Source: Sphaerodactylus townsendi (Eukaryota). Taken from it: a stretch of 64,000 bases of DNA. Shown piece by piece: positions 34,981 through 49,129 of this stretch. Position numbers and translations under genes: made by a program. Location: the NCBI RefSeq assembly GCF_021028975.2, contig NC_059425.1:84878001-84942000 (forward strand), read 5' to 3'. A model generated the notes under the pieces. It searched no databases and was not told the origin of the DNA. It worked only from the letters and a program-made list of their open reading frames with translations. How positions within the stretch are numbered: position 1 is the first letter of the stretch; each line of letters opens with the position of its first letter.

Positions 34981-36527
34981 TGCATAACGTACCACAAATT
35001 CTCTGCTCAATTTTGAGAACAACATATGCCACTTTAACTACTAAGCCCGTGAGTTTTAACTGTGACCTGAATTTTTAAGGGAAATTGTAACTGTCACAAG
35101 TAAACATTTTGCTAGCTTCAACCCACATTCAATAGCCAACTATAATCCAAGCCGTGTGGCAGTCTATCACCTTGATTTCTCACTATCACATCGTTCAGAT
35201 AGAAGCACTGCACAGCTGTTGATTCACTTAATCAGCACAGGGTATATAAAAGAAAATCTGTGTCCACAAGTACACATTTTTGGTGATTACTCATTACTTC
35301 ACATTTATGTCGAATGTACAGCTAGACTGATCCAAAAGTAATTGCTAATGTCTATGGAGATACAATCTGCAGCACCACGTCATCCTAATAAATTGGCAGT
35401 TACAGCCGTTTAGGAGATCAAGCTATAAACTGCTGAAAGAAGCTAGACCACTTCTAGAACTTGAGACTTCACTTTTTCTTCTTCTACAATGGAACTACTA
35501 GTTTGGAATACAAGAAGAAGAATACCCTGTAATGGTTTAGTCATGTGTTTTCACACTGCGGTTACACAGATTTGTGTGTCGCAAAGCATACTAAGGCCTG
35601 GCAAATACTTGGAAGTACAATTTATGTTGGACAACACAGCACCAGAGCGTGGCTGAGTGGTTCTCATCCCATTGCTCAAAACTTGCTTCTCAGGCAGACC
35701 ACAATTACTGGTTTTTACACCAGATTTTTAAGTTAATTCAGACCGATGCATATATTAGGTTGTAAGCCTCTTTCTGAGGCACTCAACAAATATTAAACTC
35801 ATTCATTTTTTTGCAGCAATCCATTCATATAATAAAGGGAAACTCTGGGCTCCCCACTGCATAGCTGGATGCACTATTACAAGTGGGGGAAATAAAGACC
35901 TTGCAATACGTACCCTCCTGCGCTTCCTTCTCGAACACAACAGCCTTCCTCGAAATCTGACAGCTTCAGAAGTTGCCTCTATTGGAAAAAGGGCTGGCTT
36001 TCAACGCAACATCAGAAACTCAATGACAACGTAACTCCCACAAGTACACCGACTGTATCAAAACTCTATCCTAAGCAATCAGCAGACACATTTCATCACG
36101 CATTTTTAGATGTTCAGGACGGATCTGCACACAAGCCCATAAATCGTACCACCGGGAAAGCCGCCGCCACAACAACGGCCTTCCTCCTCTCCCTCACTAT
36201 GGCGGACGGTTCCGCTAGCACTAGGTTAAGAAAAGCAGCCCGTCTTGCGCACAGCAGCCGCCTCTGCTCCAGAAACAGGCGAGGAGCAGCAACCACTGTT
36301 CGCCCTCAAACGAAGCATCAGTTCCTTTTTTATAATGGCCTGTATGGGGGCGGGGGGGGGAGGGTGGAGCCTCGTGAACGCGTGCACTTGGGCGGCAACT
36401 GCGTGGGGGGGGGAGGTGAAATGAAACACAACCCCCCTTTTCTGACCCGGTTGGACAGACGCACGGAACAGGCGGTGCAAAAGGGACCCCTTTTATAAGG
36501 GACGGCTCAGCAGCGGCAACTACATAC

Positions 36528-36600
36528 CTGCTGCCACTTCCACCGGTCCTTGCAATTGGCCCTGACCAAGCCGGCTCCACCAGTCTTCTGGGTCTGTGTC
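36528..36600 (-). other. GGPS1: Probable GGPS1 non-coding exon 1
   Basis: Minus-strand donor CAG|GTATGT just downstream of GC boxes; the start is approximate. Confidence 0.55.
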
Positions 36601-37059
36601 AGACCAACCCTTAACAGGCATAAAGCCCCGCCCCCTTCCGCCTCAATCGCCACCTTCGCCTGGTGGGGAAAAATACGCCACCGGGGCTTTTTGGCGCAGG
36701 CGCGAGCTCCTCCTATGCCTCCTATAAGCTCTACTTGGCTCGCTTTCCCTCTCCCCCTCACTCTATTCCCCCGCCCCTACATTTCTAGTTCTCCTCCTGT
36801 CTTCTCTGTGCATTCCGGTGCTTGTAGTTCCAATTTAAAGCGTCCCTTTGCAGCCGGCGGCAAAAAGGCGAATGAAAACCTTTGTTACCCAGAAGGCACC
36901 ACGCCGCCATGTCTCTGTTTCCATAGAATTGGTGTGAGAATTACATCAGTGTTTCTGATAGAGAGGCTAATAGCGTTAGAAAGCAGGCGGGCCCTTGTGC
37001 GTTAGGGACCAATGAAGGGCAAGTAAGGCAGATGGGAGGCGGGGCATGAGCTGTCAGTC

Positions 37060-37345
37060 ACCGTTCGGATCTTGGGGGAGGGGGAGTGAACAGCTCGGAG
37101 CAGAGCGGTCGCCGTCGCCACCGGGGTTCGGGCGGGCGGGCGGGCGGGCGGGAGGGACTGGCCCCTGCCATTGTAGGGCGGGAGCCGCCGCCGCTGCCTG
37201 TCTTCTCCGCTTGGCCAGGGATTGTCGGGGCTCTTCGGGATTTCGGAGAGGGGATCATCGAGTGCTGTGTTGGGAGGAGGCTCCATCCTCCCCCCCCCCC
37301 GCAGTTAGGGGGGACCCGCGGGCGGGCAACAGCCGCGGAACAAAG
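37060..37345 (+). other. ARID4B: Probable ARID4B non-coding exon 1
   Basis: Follows CCAAT and GC boxes and ends at a strong donor AAG|GTAAGG. Confidence 0.65.
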
Positions 37346-38486
37346 GTAAGGTAGCCCCGAGGAAGAGCTTCTCCGCCTCCGTGGCCGGCGGGCTTCTCGG
37401 CGGAGGCCGGGGCTGTTTTGCAGGGGCGATGCGAGGGAGGCGGCAGGAGAAGCGCTCCGGGTTTGTTGTTTTTCTCCTGGTTGAGGCTGCGGCGGGACTC
37501 GCGGGTCTCCCCCTCCCCTCCGGATCCGAAGCCCTCGGCTCTCCAGAGGGAGAGGAGGAGGAGGAAAGGCGGGGATGAGGCCCCGGAGCCGCCTGCGAGG
37601 GCCGAAGGGAGGGAAGGAAAAGGCTCCCCCCGTCGTCGTCCCCCCCCCACCCCGCCCCCGATCCCTTGCCTTTTCGGCCGCTGACCAGCCCTGGGAGAGG
37701 AACTGCGGCTGTTGCTGAAACTCCTGCCGCGGAGTCAGCTCTCGATGGGGGCAGGGGGGCAGGTTGCAGAAAAGATCTCCTGGATGCAGCGTGGCCTTGG
37801 GGTGCTGGTGGGGGGACAGGGGAGACGATGGCGAGGAAGAGGAGAAAAAGCAGTGGCTCGCGGAGCCGCCCCCATCTCCGCTCCTTGCCCGAGCACAATG
37901 GAGAAGCCTCCCCTCCCGCAGGGAAGTGTGTGCCTGTGCAGACGAGAAAGCGCCTCAGTCCCGGCTGTGCACCCCCCTCTCCCCCCGCTTCTCTTTCTTC
38001 CTCCACTGACTTCAGGGATCGGCCCCTCCCTTCCCGGGAACCGAAGGAGAAGGGCTCGTCGCTTCCAGGCGGTGCCCGGAGAGGGGCTTTGCAGGCGGGG
38101 TGGCGGTAAGAAGCGGTTGTTGTTGTGGCAAGTTTCTCCTCTGACAGAAATGGCGTCAAAGGCGGCAGCGGCGAAGCGGGGAAGCCGAGCCGAGGTGTGC
38201 GAGGCTCGGGGAGGAAGCGGCTGCTGCAGCCGGAGGGGAGAGGAGGAAAAGGGGGCATATGTGGGGAGGAGATCGGGGGGGGGGACCTTTGGCGGAATCT
38301 CTCTGTTCCCCCCACCCCCCATGCACACGCACTCTCTCTCTCTCTCTCACACACACACAGAGGCATGCAGAGCGCGCCCCGGTGCAAAGGGGGTGGTGCG
38401 TTGGCTCAGTGCTTTGTTTTAAATTTCAGGTCCAGTCTCGGCAGCTCAGCCTCGTCCGGGTTTTTCTCCTGCAGCCCGACTTCATC

Positions 38487-38492
38487 ATGAAG
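38487..38492 (+). CDS. ARID4B: ARID4B first coding codons (Met-Lys) in exon 2 (38430-38492)
   Basis: tttcag acceptor, then catcATGAAG|gtaaaa. ARID4B starts MK|ALDEPPY and lies head-to-head with GGPS1 in amniotes; a long intron follows. Confidence 0.78.
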
Positions 38493-41400
38493 GTAAAACC
38501 GCTGGTCGGTGGAGGAGGGGAGGAGGGGCGGCGTGGGGACCCGCGGAGAGTTGGGTCTGCCCCAGCTCCGCTCCCCGGTGTGAGGCTTGCAGCTTTACCA
38601 GATTTAGACTGCCGGCTGTCGTGCTGAAGGCTCGGCTTTTGTAAACTCGCCTATGGGAAACTCGTTGTTCTGGACTTCTCCTTTCGAAAGAGAAGGACAT
38701 GGCTGCCTGGCCCAGCCTTACTAGTTTGGCAGGGGAATAGCGGGCGTTTGCTCTCCGCTATTGGAAAGTGTGAAGTTGGACTGGAAAAGCTCCTTTAAAG
38801 CCATTGAGCTTTTCCCAGTTGAGGTTAGATTAGGTTTAATTCGCTTTCCTTTAATCTGAATCCTGTTGAATTAATAACCCTGAGTTTCAAGAAGTATACC
38901 TAATATAGAGAAATAATTTCTGCTGTAAAATACTGCTGCAAGATGCAGGAAGAAATTCTTTCACATACTTTTCGCTGTTGCATGGAATTCATATGGCACG
39001 TTCCCCTTATTGGAAAAGCTATGACAGCTGGTAGTTTGTGTAATGTGCAAATGTTATCAAAAACATTTATTTTTTCACTCATGCCTGTGTTGAACTGGCC
39101 ATTAGGAATAGTCTGTTCTTTATAGTAAAGCATGTGCTGTCTATAAACACACGACATAATACAGAATGTTATTTTCAAAATGTCCGGACTGATTCCTTAA
39201 CAAGATTCTTGCACAGTTATAAATCTGATTCCTTGGCTTGAAAAAATCTGTTAAAGGCACTACTTGAATAACTGCAAAAGGAATATTGTTGAATAGTCAA
39301 ATGGCATGAGCTATCTACCATCTTTGTTATTAAATATTGTAAGCAACTTCATCTGTCGAGTGAGGTCTTTCTTGAAGGATGTAGATATCAGCAGTTATGC
39401 ATCAGCTGTACCGGAAACACTAGGAATAACATCAGATCAAATATTTCATACCATTTAATTGGTAGTTGTCAGTAAATACACTTTGTCATGAGTTTTTTCT
39501 CTTTTGCTGAAATAATCACTCGTCCTGAAAGAATAACTAGTGAGTTCTTAAATAATCTGTACCTCATATTAAGATTGTGTTGGGAGGACCAGTGAAAACA
39601 GTATTCTTAAAGAGTTTTCATATAAAAATAATAATTTAAAATATAGGTTGTTCTTGTATATAGGCAAATATGAGATAGTTGTGATCAGGTACTGTGATTA
39701 CAGCAGGAATCTGATATCATAATTCAGAGGAAACACTGTGGTACAGCCTCGCTGTGTAACAATTGTAAACCCATGTTTGCATGTTGTATAGAAGAGTCTT
39801 TGAATGAAACTGTCATTTTAAATAGATTTTTAGTATGTGTATTTTAAGTTAAGTTATGATATATTCTGTTCTTTAGAAGTGAGTGTACCAAGTTTAGCAT
39901 TTGACTACCCTAGCAAGGTAGTTTTCATTCAGGTTCGTCTGAAATGACTTTTCAATTGAAAAATGCAAGATCAGTCACTGAATACAGAATTTTAGAGAAC
40001 TCTGACTATGAGAACCCAATACTTGGAAAGTGTTTACTTTTCTTGATTGTAAGAGTGGTGACACATTTAGAGCTGGCACTGACTTTTGCTCTCTGTTGAA
40101 TGCACAACAGCCTTGGGCAAGAGGGCACAAGACTTTTGCCATTTTAAAGAAAGGAGGATCTGACAAAGTATTATATCCTCATTGCTGTAAGGCTTATGAG
40201 TACAGGAGGAAGAAATAAGTAGTTTGGCTAGTCAGGAGCCCATCTCATAGTGTTATTCTATATCTTATCAAGATGTTTCTTTTTGTTCTATACTGTAAAA
40301 GAAATTACTGTGTGCCCTCTTGCCATTTTTATTTAACTCTGACATTATTTAACTGGGTTCCTTTTATTTGCAAGCAATTTATACATTGTTTAAAACTTGG
40401 CTTTTAAACTTCCAAAAAATAACACAGCTATTTGCTATATATCTTTTCCTTAAAGAGTGTGATACAGTATTTTCATACTGACATTGTAAGCATAAGACTG
40501 TCCTGCCAAAATAATAAGATAGATATTTTACCTTGTTAATTTAATGTATTACTAGGGTGAACCTGATATATAAAGTGATGTAGAAGCCGGTGTTTAAATA
40601 GGATAGCATAAGCGATACAATTTTAATAGGGTGAATGGATTCTATGGAGTCATATAAGTTTGGATGAAATTAATCATAGAACACTACACTGAGCTCTGAC
40701 TGTTTCCTCAAGCAAAAGGAAGCAGTGTTGATCAAGGTTATGTCTAGAAACTCCATTTTTGTTCCCAACTTTCCTTTTGTCTTTTTCCTTCACCTTTTGT
40801 AGTGCAGCTTATTTGTCCTCCCACGAATAGTATTGCAAAAGCAAAGTTTTGGTTTGCTGTTTATGGCTTAGTGTTTCACTTTTATTAATAAGATAAATTG
40901 ATATCCCACAGGAACTCCTATCAGAATTCAATACAGTTAATTCTTTTGGATGAGTGAATGTATGATATAGATTCTAATAAACTATAGTTCTGTGTTGAAT
41001 CCTGAAACAATGGATATTTAAATAGGTGTTAAATGTATCTTCTCTCTTTCTTCATTACTCACATCTCAAAACCAAAGATCAATTAGCACAGTTTGCCAAG
41101 AGCCAGCAGGTACTACTTCAATAATTTATGTATGGAGATTTTTAAATGGTTCTTTTGGCTTTTACAGATTGTTAGTTTGCAAGGTTTTAGGAACATTTCA
41201 AAAGAATTCAGTTTCTTGCTGTGGAACAAGTATAATGCATTTCTCTGTTATTAAGACACTGATTCACATTTATCTTCTCGTATAGGAGGCATTTACCTTG
41301 TCATTGCCCTTTTAATCAAATTATTATTAGTTTGGTGTATGTAGCTCTATTGCATAATACCAACATAGTATAAATGGATTAATGTGTACCTATTTCCTTC

Positions 41401-43049
41401 ATAATTTTCTGCTACAGTCATACGCACAATGATTAGAAAAACATAGGAAACAAGGTCTCCAATGACATGCGCTTTGCTGCTGACTTGTAATACAGTCTAC
41501 TCAAAATATGCACAAAAAAGGTTAACAAGAAGTATTGACTCCTTGATTGTTTCTTAAATTATACTGAGAAATACTTGTTTTTAAACCTTCTGAGTATGAA
41601 GTTTTAAATTTTTTATTTTATGGGTGAAGCTTTCTTGTCAGTCTGAGTAGATTGATTATTCTTTTGCTTGGATTGTGTTACAAAGACAGAATTTAAAACG
41701 TCTCTTCTCTTGCTTTTCTGTTGTTTTCAGACTTTAATATAAATCAATCAGCCTTGTGGATTTTAACCACACATCTGGTGAAGTGAGGTCTGATTTCTGA
41801 AAGTGTATGCTGGAATAAATTTTGCTATTTTCTAAATAGCACTGAATTCTTGCTTTATTTTACTTCTGCAGACTGTCATGGTTACTCATCTTGAATTAAC
41901 TTTTTTTTAAAAAGAATTTCTTTAGCATATGTTAAGGTGGTTACTCAGGGCAAATATGCATTCTCTCACACATAATGAGTTTGTTATATGAGTTTCGAGT
42001 GCATGTTCACTGTGAAGTGATGAATACAAAAGTGTCTGTTCAGCCATAGTAAGACTCTGAAGAAAGCCCCAAATAGCAGAGGATTCGAATAGTGCTTCCA
42101 TTTGGAAAAAGAAACATGTGTCATACAGAAGTGAGAGCAGTACTGGAGATCTGTTGTGTGCAATAGTTTTAAGCCTCCTTTTGAAGAGGGTATATGATAA
42201 CAGTGATTTTGAAAGCACCCTTACTTTGACATGTCTGCCCATTTTCTTAATGATGTCCCCCATTACTGATGCACTCATATGACTTGGTCTTGCCGTGAGT
42301 CAGTATAATTTTTTGTCAACCTGTGTTTAGAAATATAACACTTTAAAGGTTTATCAGTTGTTCTTGATGGTATTTCTATACAAATGCCCTAAATTGAGCA
42401 GTATTTAGTGGCTTTAGCTTTCTGACTGCAGCACACATTAGCTGAAAGCTGAATTGTTCTTGCAGATAGTGTGTCACAAACTAGTTAATTTTTTTGCAAC
42501 ATTGCAATTTTTTAATCCTGTATTTCTTCTGAACAGCTGGCTAGAGGGAGAATGTGCTCAGGAGCGTGGAAGCAACTTGAAACAAATTCAAGAGGGGGAG
42601 AAAATAAATACTTATAGGATGCTTGATTGTTAGATTATGAAAGTGTTTTTTAAAAAATAAATAACCCTTTTCAACCTGCCATTGGCTTTTTCCCCAGCTT
42701 CCATATACCCCTTGCATTTGGGGAATGGGATAATCCTTAATATCCTCATCAGTGTGTTCTCACACAAAACTCTCATCTTTCTCTGAGTTGGGAGTCTTGA
42801 TGACCACAAAATTGTAGGTGGCTACTAAAGGGCAGCCAGAATTTGTAGAGTGTTTCTTTCATCTCTTTAACAGCCTGCAGTTTTTCATGACTGCTCCACT
42901 ACCAGCCTTCATATTTTGTCCTCTCTCTCCCCACTCCTGGTTTAGCAAATTTTTCATTATACTGCATAGTAGGGGAAGAAGGTGGATGTTGGGACTCATT
43001 GACAAATGTGGCAAAGAAAGAAGGGTGAGGATTTGTTACAGTCAGTAGG

Positions 43050-46000
43050 GTTCTTTGAGTTCATCATCACAGGCATTCAGTGCAGGCCCATGTTGGGACT
43101 GTGCTTGTGCAGGCCAGCCATGGTCTGATTATAAATCTTTTCTTCAATCTTCTGTTACTGTTGCTAGACAGGAAAAAGACATTCCCCTCTCCCACACTGT
43201 GTAAGGAGTTTCCTGCACAAACAGTCATGTGGTGGGAGGGGGAGGAGTGCCATCCCCTCAGTTCTTCTTCTACCTCAAGGTGTGAGGAAGTTCTTCTGCT
43301 GTTCCTGTGCTCTTCTCTGGACTTTTCTGCCTGATTGGTTTGTCATCTTCTCGATAGAACCCAAAAAAGAAGCTGTGTTTAAAAACTGTGTCTCCTGTGG
43401 GGCCAAAATGGACAAGAAGGAAACCCAAAAAGAATGCGTTCTTTGCCTTGGCGAGGTACATGTTCCCTTGACATGCAAGGCCTGTGCAGCCTTGATGCCC
43501 AAGGCCTACCAAGTCCAGGCTTTGCACCTAAAAGGTGGCCTTTTACGAAGCTTCCTTGGCCCCCAACCTTTGGATCTCCTTGTGGAGTATATCTACCGGT
43601 TCCCCTTCTGCTTCTTTATTACTGTGGCCCTCCCAGCATGACACCTCCTTTCCTTCTTTGAGCAAAGCGACCACGGAGCCTCCTGCAAAGAAATCCAAGA
43701 AAGGGGGTAAGGAACATTCTAAACGCAACAGCACTTCTCCCAACGCGGTTGCCTAACTGCTAGCACCTGCTGTAGATCCCCATCTCCATGGCTCAGTTCT
43801 TGGTGGGGATGGGGATCACAGTCTCTTTTGGGGCAACTTCTCCGGCCTGGCGAGGCTGTTTTGCTGGGCAGACTGTTTCGCTGAGTCGCTGGATTCTGTC
43901 TCCGCCTTGGGACCGATCTTCCTCCAGACGCCTGCATGAGTTAAACCCCTGTTCATTTGGTGTCAGGCTATGACGCTGCCACATCCTTCACATCCCTGGT
44001 TGTGAAGTGGTCTCCAACAATGACACACCTTCGGGGGAGGGCGGTTTATAAACCCAAATAATAATAATAATAATCATCATCATCATCATCATCTTGGTGT
44101 TGGGAGGTCTTGTCATCGAGCTGGCGCAGAAACCTCTCGCCTTGCTGCTGGAGCGCTTCTCCAGTATGGAGCCATTCTCATGAGTGGCAGACTACCTTTC
44201 ATGGCTGCCGGAGTGCCTCATGGCCCTGATCCTGCTCATGTTCTTGTGGGGATTAGGATGTGCAGGTGGTCTCTCCCCGAATCTGACTGCACCCCTCTTT
44301 GCGGTAACATCTCAGGCACCCTCCAATGCTGGCACTGGGGTAGAGATCCCAGCCTGTGCGGCTGCACAAGGCAGCTCCTGAGCAATATCCTCTAACCCTG
44401 ACCAGCATTCCCTCCCTATTTACAGCTCCCCCTGCCGAGTCACTGGCATGGGGATCGCCACTGTAGATGCCTTTTCTCTTTTGCCTCCTCATCATTGGAG
44501 GACAGACATTGGCACCATCACCCTCCTCTTCTCATTGGTGGGTTCGGTCACCATTGACTTGGCACTGATGGTTCATGAGCCGGCCCAGATCCTTATCTTG
44601 ACACTACAATTCATCTTGGAGTGGGGGGGGGGGGGGGCTCTCTAACTTGGCACCAGGAACCTATGCTTCTGGAGAAAGTGCTGCACCAATCCTCCACTTC
44701 AGCCCCAAGGGACATGAAGTCCAGGCATCCTGATTCGGTACTTGGCCAAGGACTAGGCCACCATGGATAAGTGTCTGCCACCACTCACTATTCAACTGAC
44801 CAACCTAAGAGGTCTTCATCCATCCCTTTTTCAGTGGCTCTTTATCGGGGCATGGGGGTGGGGGGGAATCTTGGAACTCAGATCCTTCCCCTGGTGACAT
44901 TATTGGAGTTCCACTGCCTATTTTCCTGTAAGATGACTTGAAACTCTTTTCTGAGCAACTGATTCGAATGGCAAAGGCTCTCAATTGATTCTACCAGGCA
45001 CCATCACCTGAGGAGGTAGAGGAATATCAGGGTGTCCCCTGACAATATGCTCATTACCTTGCTGATGGCTAAAAGTTTTCTTGAGCTTGCCAAATCTCAC
45101 TAAGCCAATCCAGTCACAATGATTGTCACCAATAAAAAGGTTGAGAACATCTACACGATTCAACCTGCTGGTTGTGAGTTCCTGTTTCTTCACCCTCAGG
45201 CAAACTTAGTGAATACCTCCATAGTTCCTGCTCCAACTTCCAAATATTTGAGGATTACACCACACCAACTCTTCTACAAGCTTCGTTACTTCCCAAGAAG
45301 GCTATACTATCCCTGAGAGTATCGGCCTAATTTTTTTGTCAGATTCTGATAGATTACAAGGCTACCAATCCTTTTTTCCCCTATGGCCAGCAGAAACATT
45401 TCCAGTTTCCTCAGGAAGGGAGGAAGTCCCCCTGCTTCCCTTCTAAAGGACAAAGCAAGATTAAACCTAATAGTGCCTGACTATATGAAGATTCCTTCGT
45501 GAATTTTTTTTTAATTTCTGGGCTTCAGTTACTACTGATTCCTGGGTGTTGAATTGTCCTCTGCGTTTACTTTCTCAAAGTCTCAATTTTCCTTCTCTTC
45601 TCCTCCCTCAGAAATGTAGGAGGAGGTTTGGTCCTTTTTGTCTGAAGTAGCTATCAGAGAGATTCCTAGGCCCCTCCAATCCCATGGTCTTTTTTCCCCA
45701 TCATTTCCTTATCCATAAAAAATCAGCGGGAAAATATCTTATTTTAGATCTAAGGCTATTGAATAAGTATCTTTGGGTCCACTGGTTCCAACTGCTGTCC
45801 CTAGCTGATATCCGGCCCCTTCTCCTGGGGCTTCGTTTGTTGTGATTGACCTCAACAACGTATATTGCCACGTTTCCATCCATGAACAGGACTGTCAGTT
45901 CCTTAGGTTTATGTGTGTGGACTGGGTATTCAAGTACACAGTGATCCCTTTCAGTCTGGCCACCACCTTCTGTACATTCATCAAGTGCACGTCAGTAGTG

Positions 46001-48612
46001 GTGGTTTACCTTGGCAGAGATGTGGTGTACAGTTTTCCTGTACCTTGTTGACTGGCTTGTGGTGGCCTTTTGGAATCTCAGCTGTTGGACTACCTCACCA
46101 TGATCCTAGACCAGGGGTAGGGAACCTGCGGCTCGAGAGCCGCATGCGGCTCTTCTGCCCTTGCACTGCGGCTCCATGAGCCAAGCCGCCGGCCCCATCC
46201 TTGCCCACCCTGCAGGCAGCAGGGCAGGCGCACCAACTGCCTGCAGCCGGCTGGGCCACGCCACGGGCTTCCCCTCTCGCCTGCCCCATTGGAGCGGGGC
46301 GGGCGCTTTCCCGGCGGCCGGCGAGGCCAAGCCGCTGGCCCCATCATTGCTGCATCCATGCGCTTCTCAGAATGAGCGGAGTAAAAGGTAAAAAAACACC
46401 CAATATATACAGTGTTATCTTTATTTTAAATGTCAAAAATTATTTGCGGCTCTAAGTGTTTTCTTTTCCCAAGGAAAACGGGTCCAAATGGCTCTTTGAG
46501 TGTTAAAGGTTCCCTACCCCTGTCGTAGACCCACTAGCCTCCTGTGATCTGTTGGTCAACCTGGATAAATCTGTTCTGATTCATGCTCAGACTTAGATTT
46601 TATTGGGGTATGTCTGGACTCAATCCAGTGCAAAGCCTTTTTGCCCTTGACTAGAGCCCTGGCTATCAAGTCCATGATGGGGAGATTCTCCACACAGAGA
46701 TTCCAATCTGTGCATTCCTTCCAAAGTTACTGGGTCTTATGGCCTCCACTATGGCAGTGGTAGCTCATGCCATGCTCTTCTTGTGGCCACTCCAAAACTA
46801 ATTTGTGCAGAAACACTCTCAGCCACGATCTGGACCTCCAACTGGAATGGTCCCTAAACCCATTCTACCTGGACAGGTGTTCCGAAAATGGAGTCATCTA
46901 GCAATCGATGTGTTTGCTTCGCTGGAGAACATCCAATGCCACTTGTACTGTTCCAGAGCAGATCTAGGTCAGGAATCTCTGGGAGATGCCTTCCTGTTTG
47001 TGTGGATAGGCACATTCCTGTACCTCTTCCCCCCATACAGTCTACTGGGGAAAGTAGTAGTGAAGGTCCAGGCTGATCAGTCCTCAGCCATACTCATAGC
47101 CCTGGTGTGGCCAAAGAGATCTTGGTTCCCTGTGCTGCAAGCCCTATCTTGAGGGGTGTGCCATGTGTTCTCTCGATCGTCTCTTTTTGGGCCATCTGCA
47201 TTACCCAATGTGGTCTTCCTTAAACTAACAGCATGGCTGATTCAGCCTTGGAGGGCTGGCCAGAAAGGGTCAGGAATGTATTGCTGGCATCCTGGATGCC
47301 ATTCACAAGACTTCTTATTTTAGAAAGTGGGAGAGGTTTTGTGTCTGAACTGCTCATCATTCTGTAGTTTCCGAAACCTGTTCTCTGCTTTTTGTTTTTG
47401 GATATTTTCTATGTTTATCGGACAGGGGTCTATGTTTGTTCTCCATCAAGGTTCATTTGTCTGCCATTTTGGCTTTCCATGTAGATTTCAAATTCTTTTT
47501 CTCACCCAACTGTGAAACATTTTCTAAAAGAGCCAGGCAATTTGCATCCTCCCTGTCGCAAGACAGTCCCTCGGTGGAGCCTGATTCTGGTTCTCACTGC
47601 TATGATGGAACACCCTTTGAGTTATGTGATTTGGCCAGCCTATCCTATAAAATGACATTTTTGGTTGTGATCACTTCTTCAAGGCTGGTTGGAAGCCTTC
47701 AAGCCCTGTGGTCTGATCCTCTGTTCCACAAGTTCCATCCTGTGTTGCATCCTAATCTTATTCATTTACCCAAAGTTGCTTCTCAGTTCCATGTTTTGCA
47801 AGATGTTCTTCCACCGGTGTTTTTTCCTGACCCAACCTCCTTGCCTGAGGAGGCTCTCTATATTTTGGATATCCACACAAGGCTTTGTTATACTATTTAC
47901 ACAGTCCATGTAGTCTTCATGAAGCTGATGGTTTGTTTGTCTGCTTTAAAGGATCTTATAGAGGTGCTCCAGTTTTGCATGGTGTGTGATGCTGTTGGGA
48001 TGATCTGCCCCTTGTTCCTCAGGGCCCATTCCACTAGGGCAATGATTGCCTCTGCTTTCTGGTTGTCTAACAATAGACCTTATTGATATTTGCAGGCCAC
48101 TTGGTCCACTGAGTCTACTTTTATTAAGCATCATGCAATTGATGTAGATTCTCGCAGGGAGACTGCTGTGGGAAAGGCTTACCCCACCTGCCGTTTTGTG
48201 ACTTGCTTGCTAGTCTCCCAATATGTGACTGCACAGAATGCCTACGATGATGAAGAACAACATTGCGCTGACCTGTAACTCTAGTTCCTCAAGTGGACTT
48301 CTGTACAGGCACATATTCCCCCGCCCCCAGCACTATGGCTGTTTATTTGTTGTTTGGTTCCATAGTTCGTTTTAGCTGTGGCGGCATCGAGAGGACTGAG
48401 GGGATGGCACCCTCCCCCTCCCCAACGTAACTGTTTGGGTGGGAAGTTCCTTACACAGTTGTGGGAGAGAGGATTGAGTGCCTTTTTCCTGTCTAGCAAC
48501 AACAGAAAGTTGAAGAAAAGCTTTATAATCAGACCGTGGCTGGCCAGTCCCAGTGTGTGCTTGCACAGAAGCCCACTCAATGAACCACAGTTACAGGTAA
48601 GCGCAACACTGT
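43050..48612 (+). mobile_element. Full-span decayed DIRS1-like element with inverted terminal repeats and internal complementary region
   Basis: ITRs at about 43110-43265 and 48393-48550, ICR at 48231-48313. Cys-rich gag start CVSC...CVLC...H...CKAC, RT remnants, MT-like IDVFAS/YLFPPY, YR VVITSSR and RAHSTR. Confidence 0.92.
46112..46522. mobile_element. hAT-type MITE in the DIRS element
   Basis: TIR CAGGGGTAGGGAACCT / AGGTTCCCTACCCCTG with an 8-bp TSD tcctagac/tcgtagac. Confidence 0.9.
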
Positions 48613-49129
48613 ATTTGCATCTGACTGTCTTTTGGCTCAGTATCAGTCAACATTTAAGCAGTGAGTTGCAATCCATGCCTCCTGCCTGTTCACATATAGA
48701 TTGTCTCCCTCCTCCTTGCATGCAGATTTCCCCCCTCTTCTTCTTCCTGATTCAGCATTAAATGTCACAGATATTAATCCTGGCAGAAAATGAATACATT
48801 CACCTTGAGAATCCAGTTTTAACCAAAGTTATCTAAGGGATTTAAAAACATACCTGGAGTCATCTCAACTAGATTTAATGGTCATATTTATTACTATTGA
48901 GCAGCTGGTGTCAGGGGGAAGAATACACACAATCTTATGACCCATTCCTGTTCTTAATCTCCTGCTCCATTGTGTCAACTGGGGCTATCAGTGTGAGTTC
49001 ATAAAATAAATACAATTTGGAAACCTGAACTTAAATGGCTAAAGTGCTTTAATAAAATGAGACAGGAATAACTCACTTTCATGTCAGCACTCAGGGTTGT
49101 TGTTGCATTAGAGCACTACACAAGGAACA

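Larger units (their letters stand above)
36100..38750. promoter_or_regulatory. CpG island with the bidirectional GGPS1/ARID4B promoter
   Basis: High GC and CpG. GC boxes at about 36625, 36768 and 37038; CCAAT at about 36928 and 37009; splice donors diverge on both sides. Confidence 0.9.

Noticed and set aside
36100-38700. Many overlapping 100-360 aa ORFs
   Set aside because: Low-complexity products of a GC-rich CpG island with no recognisable domains.
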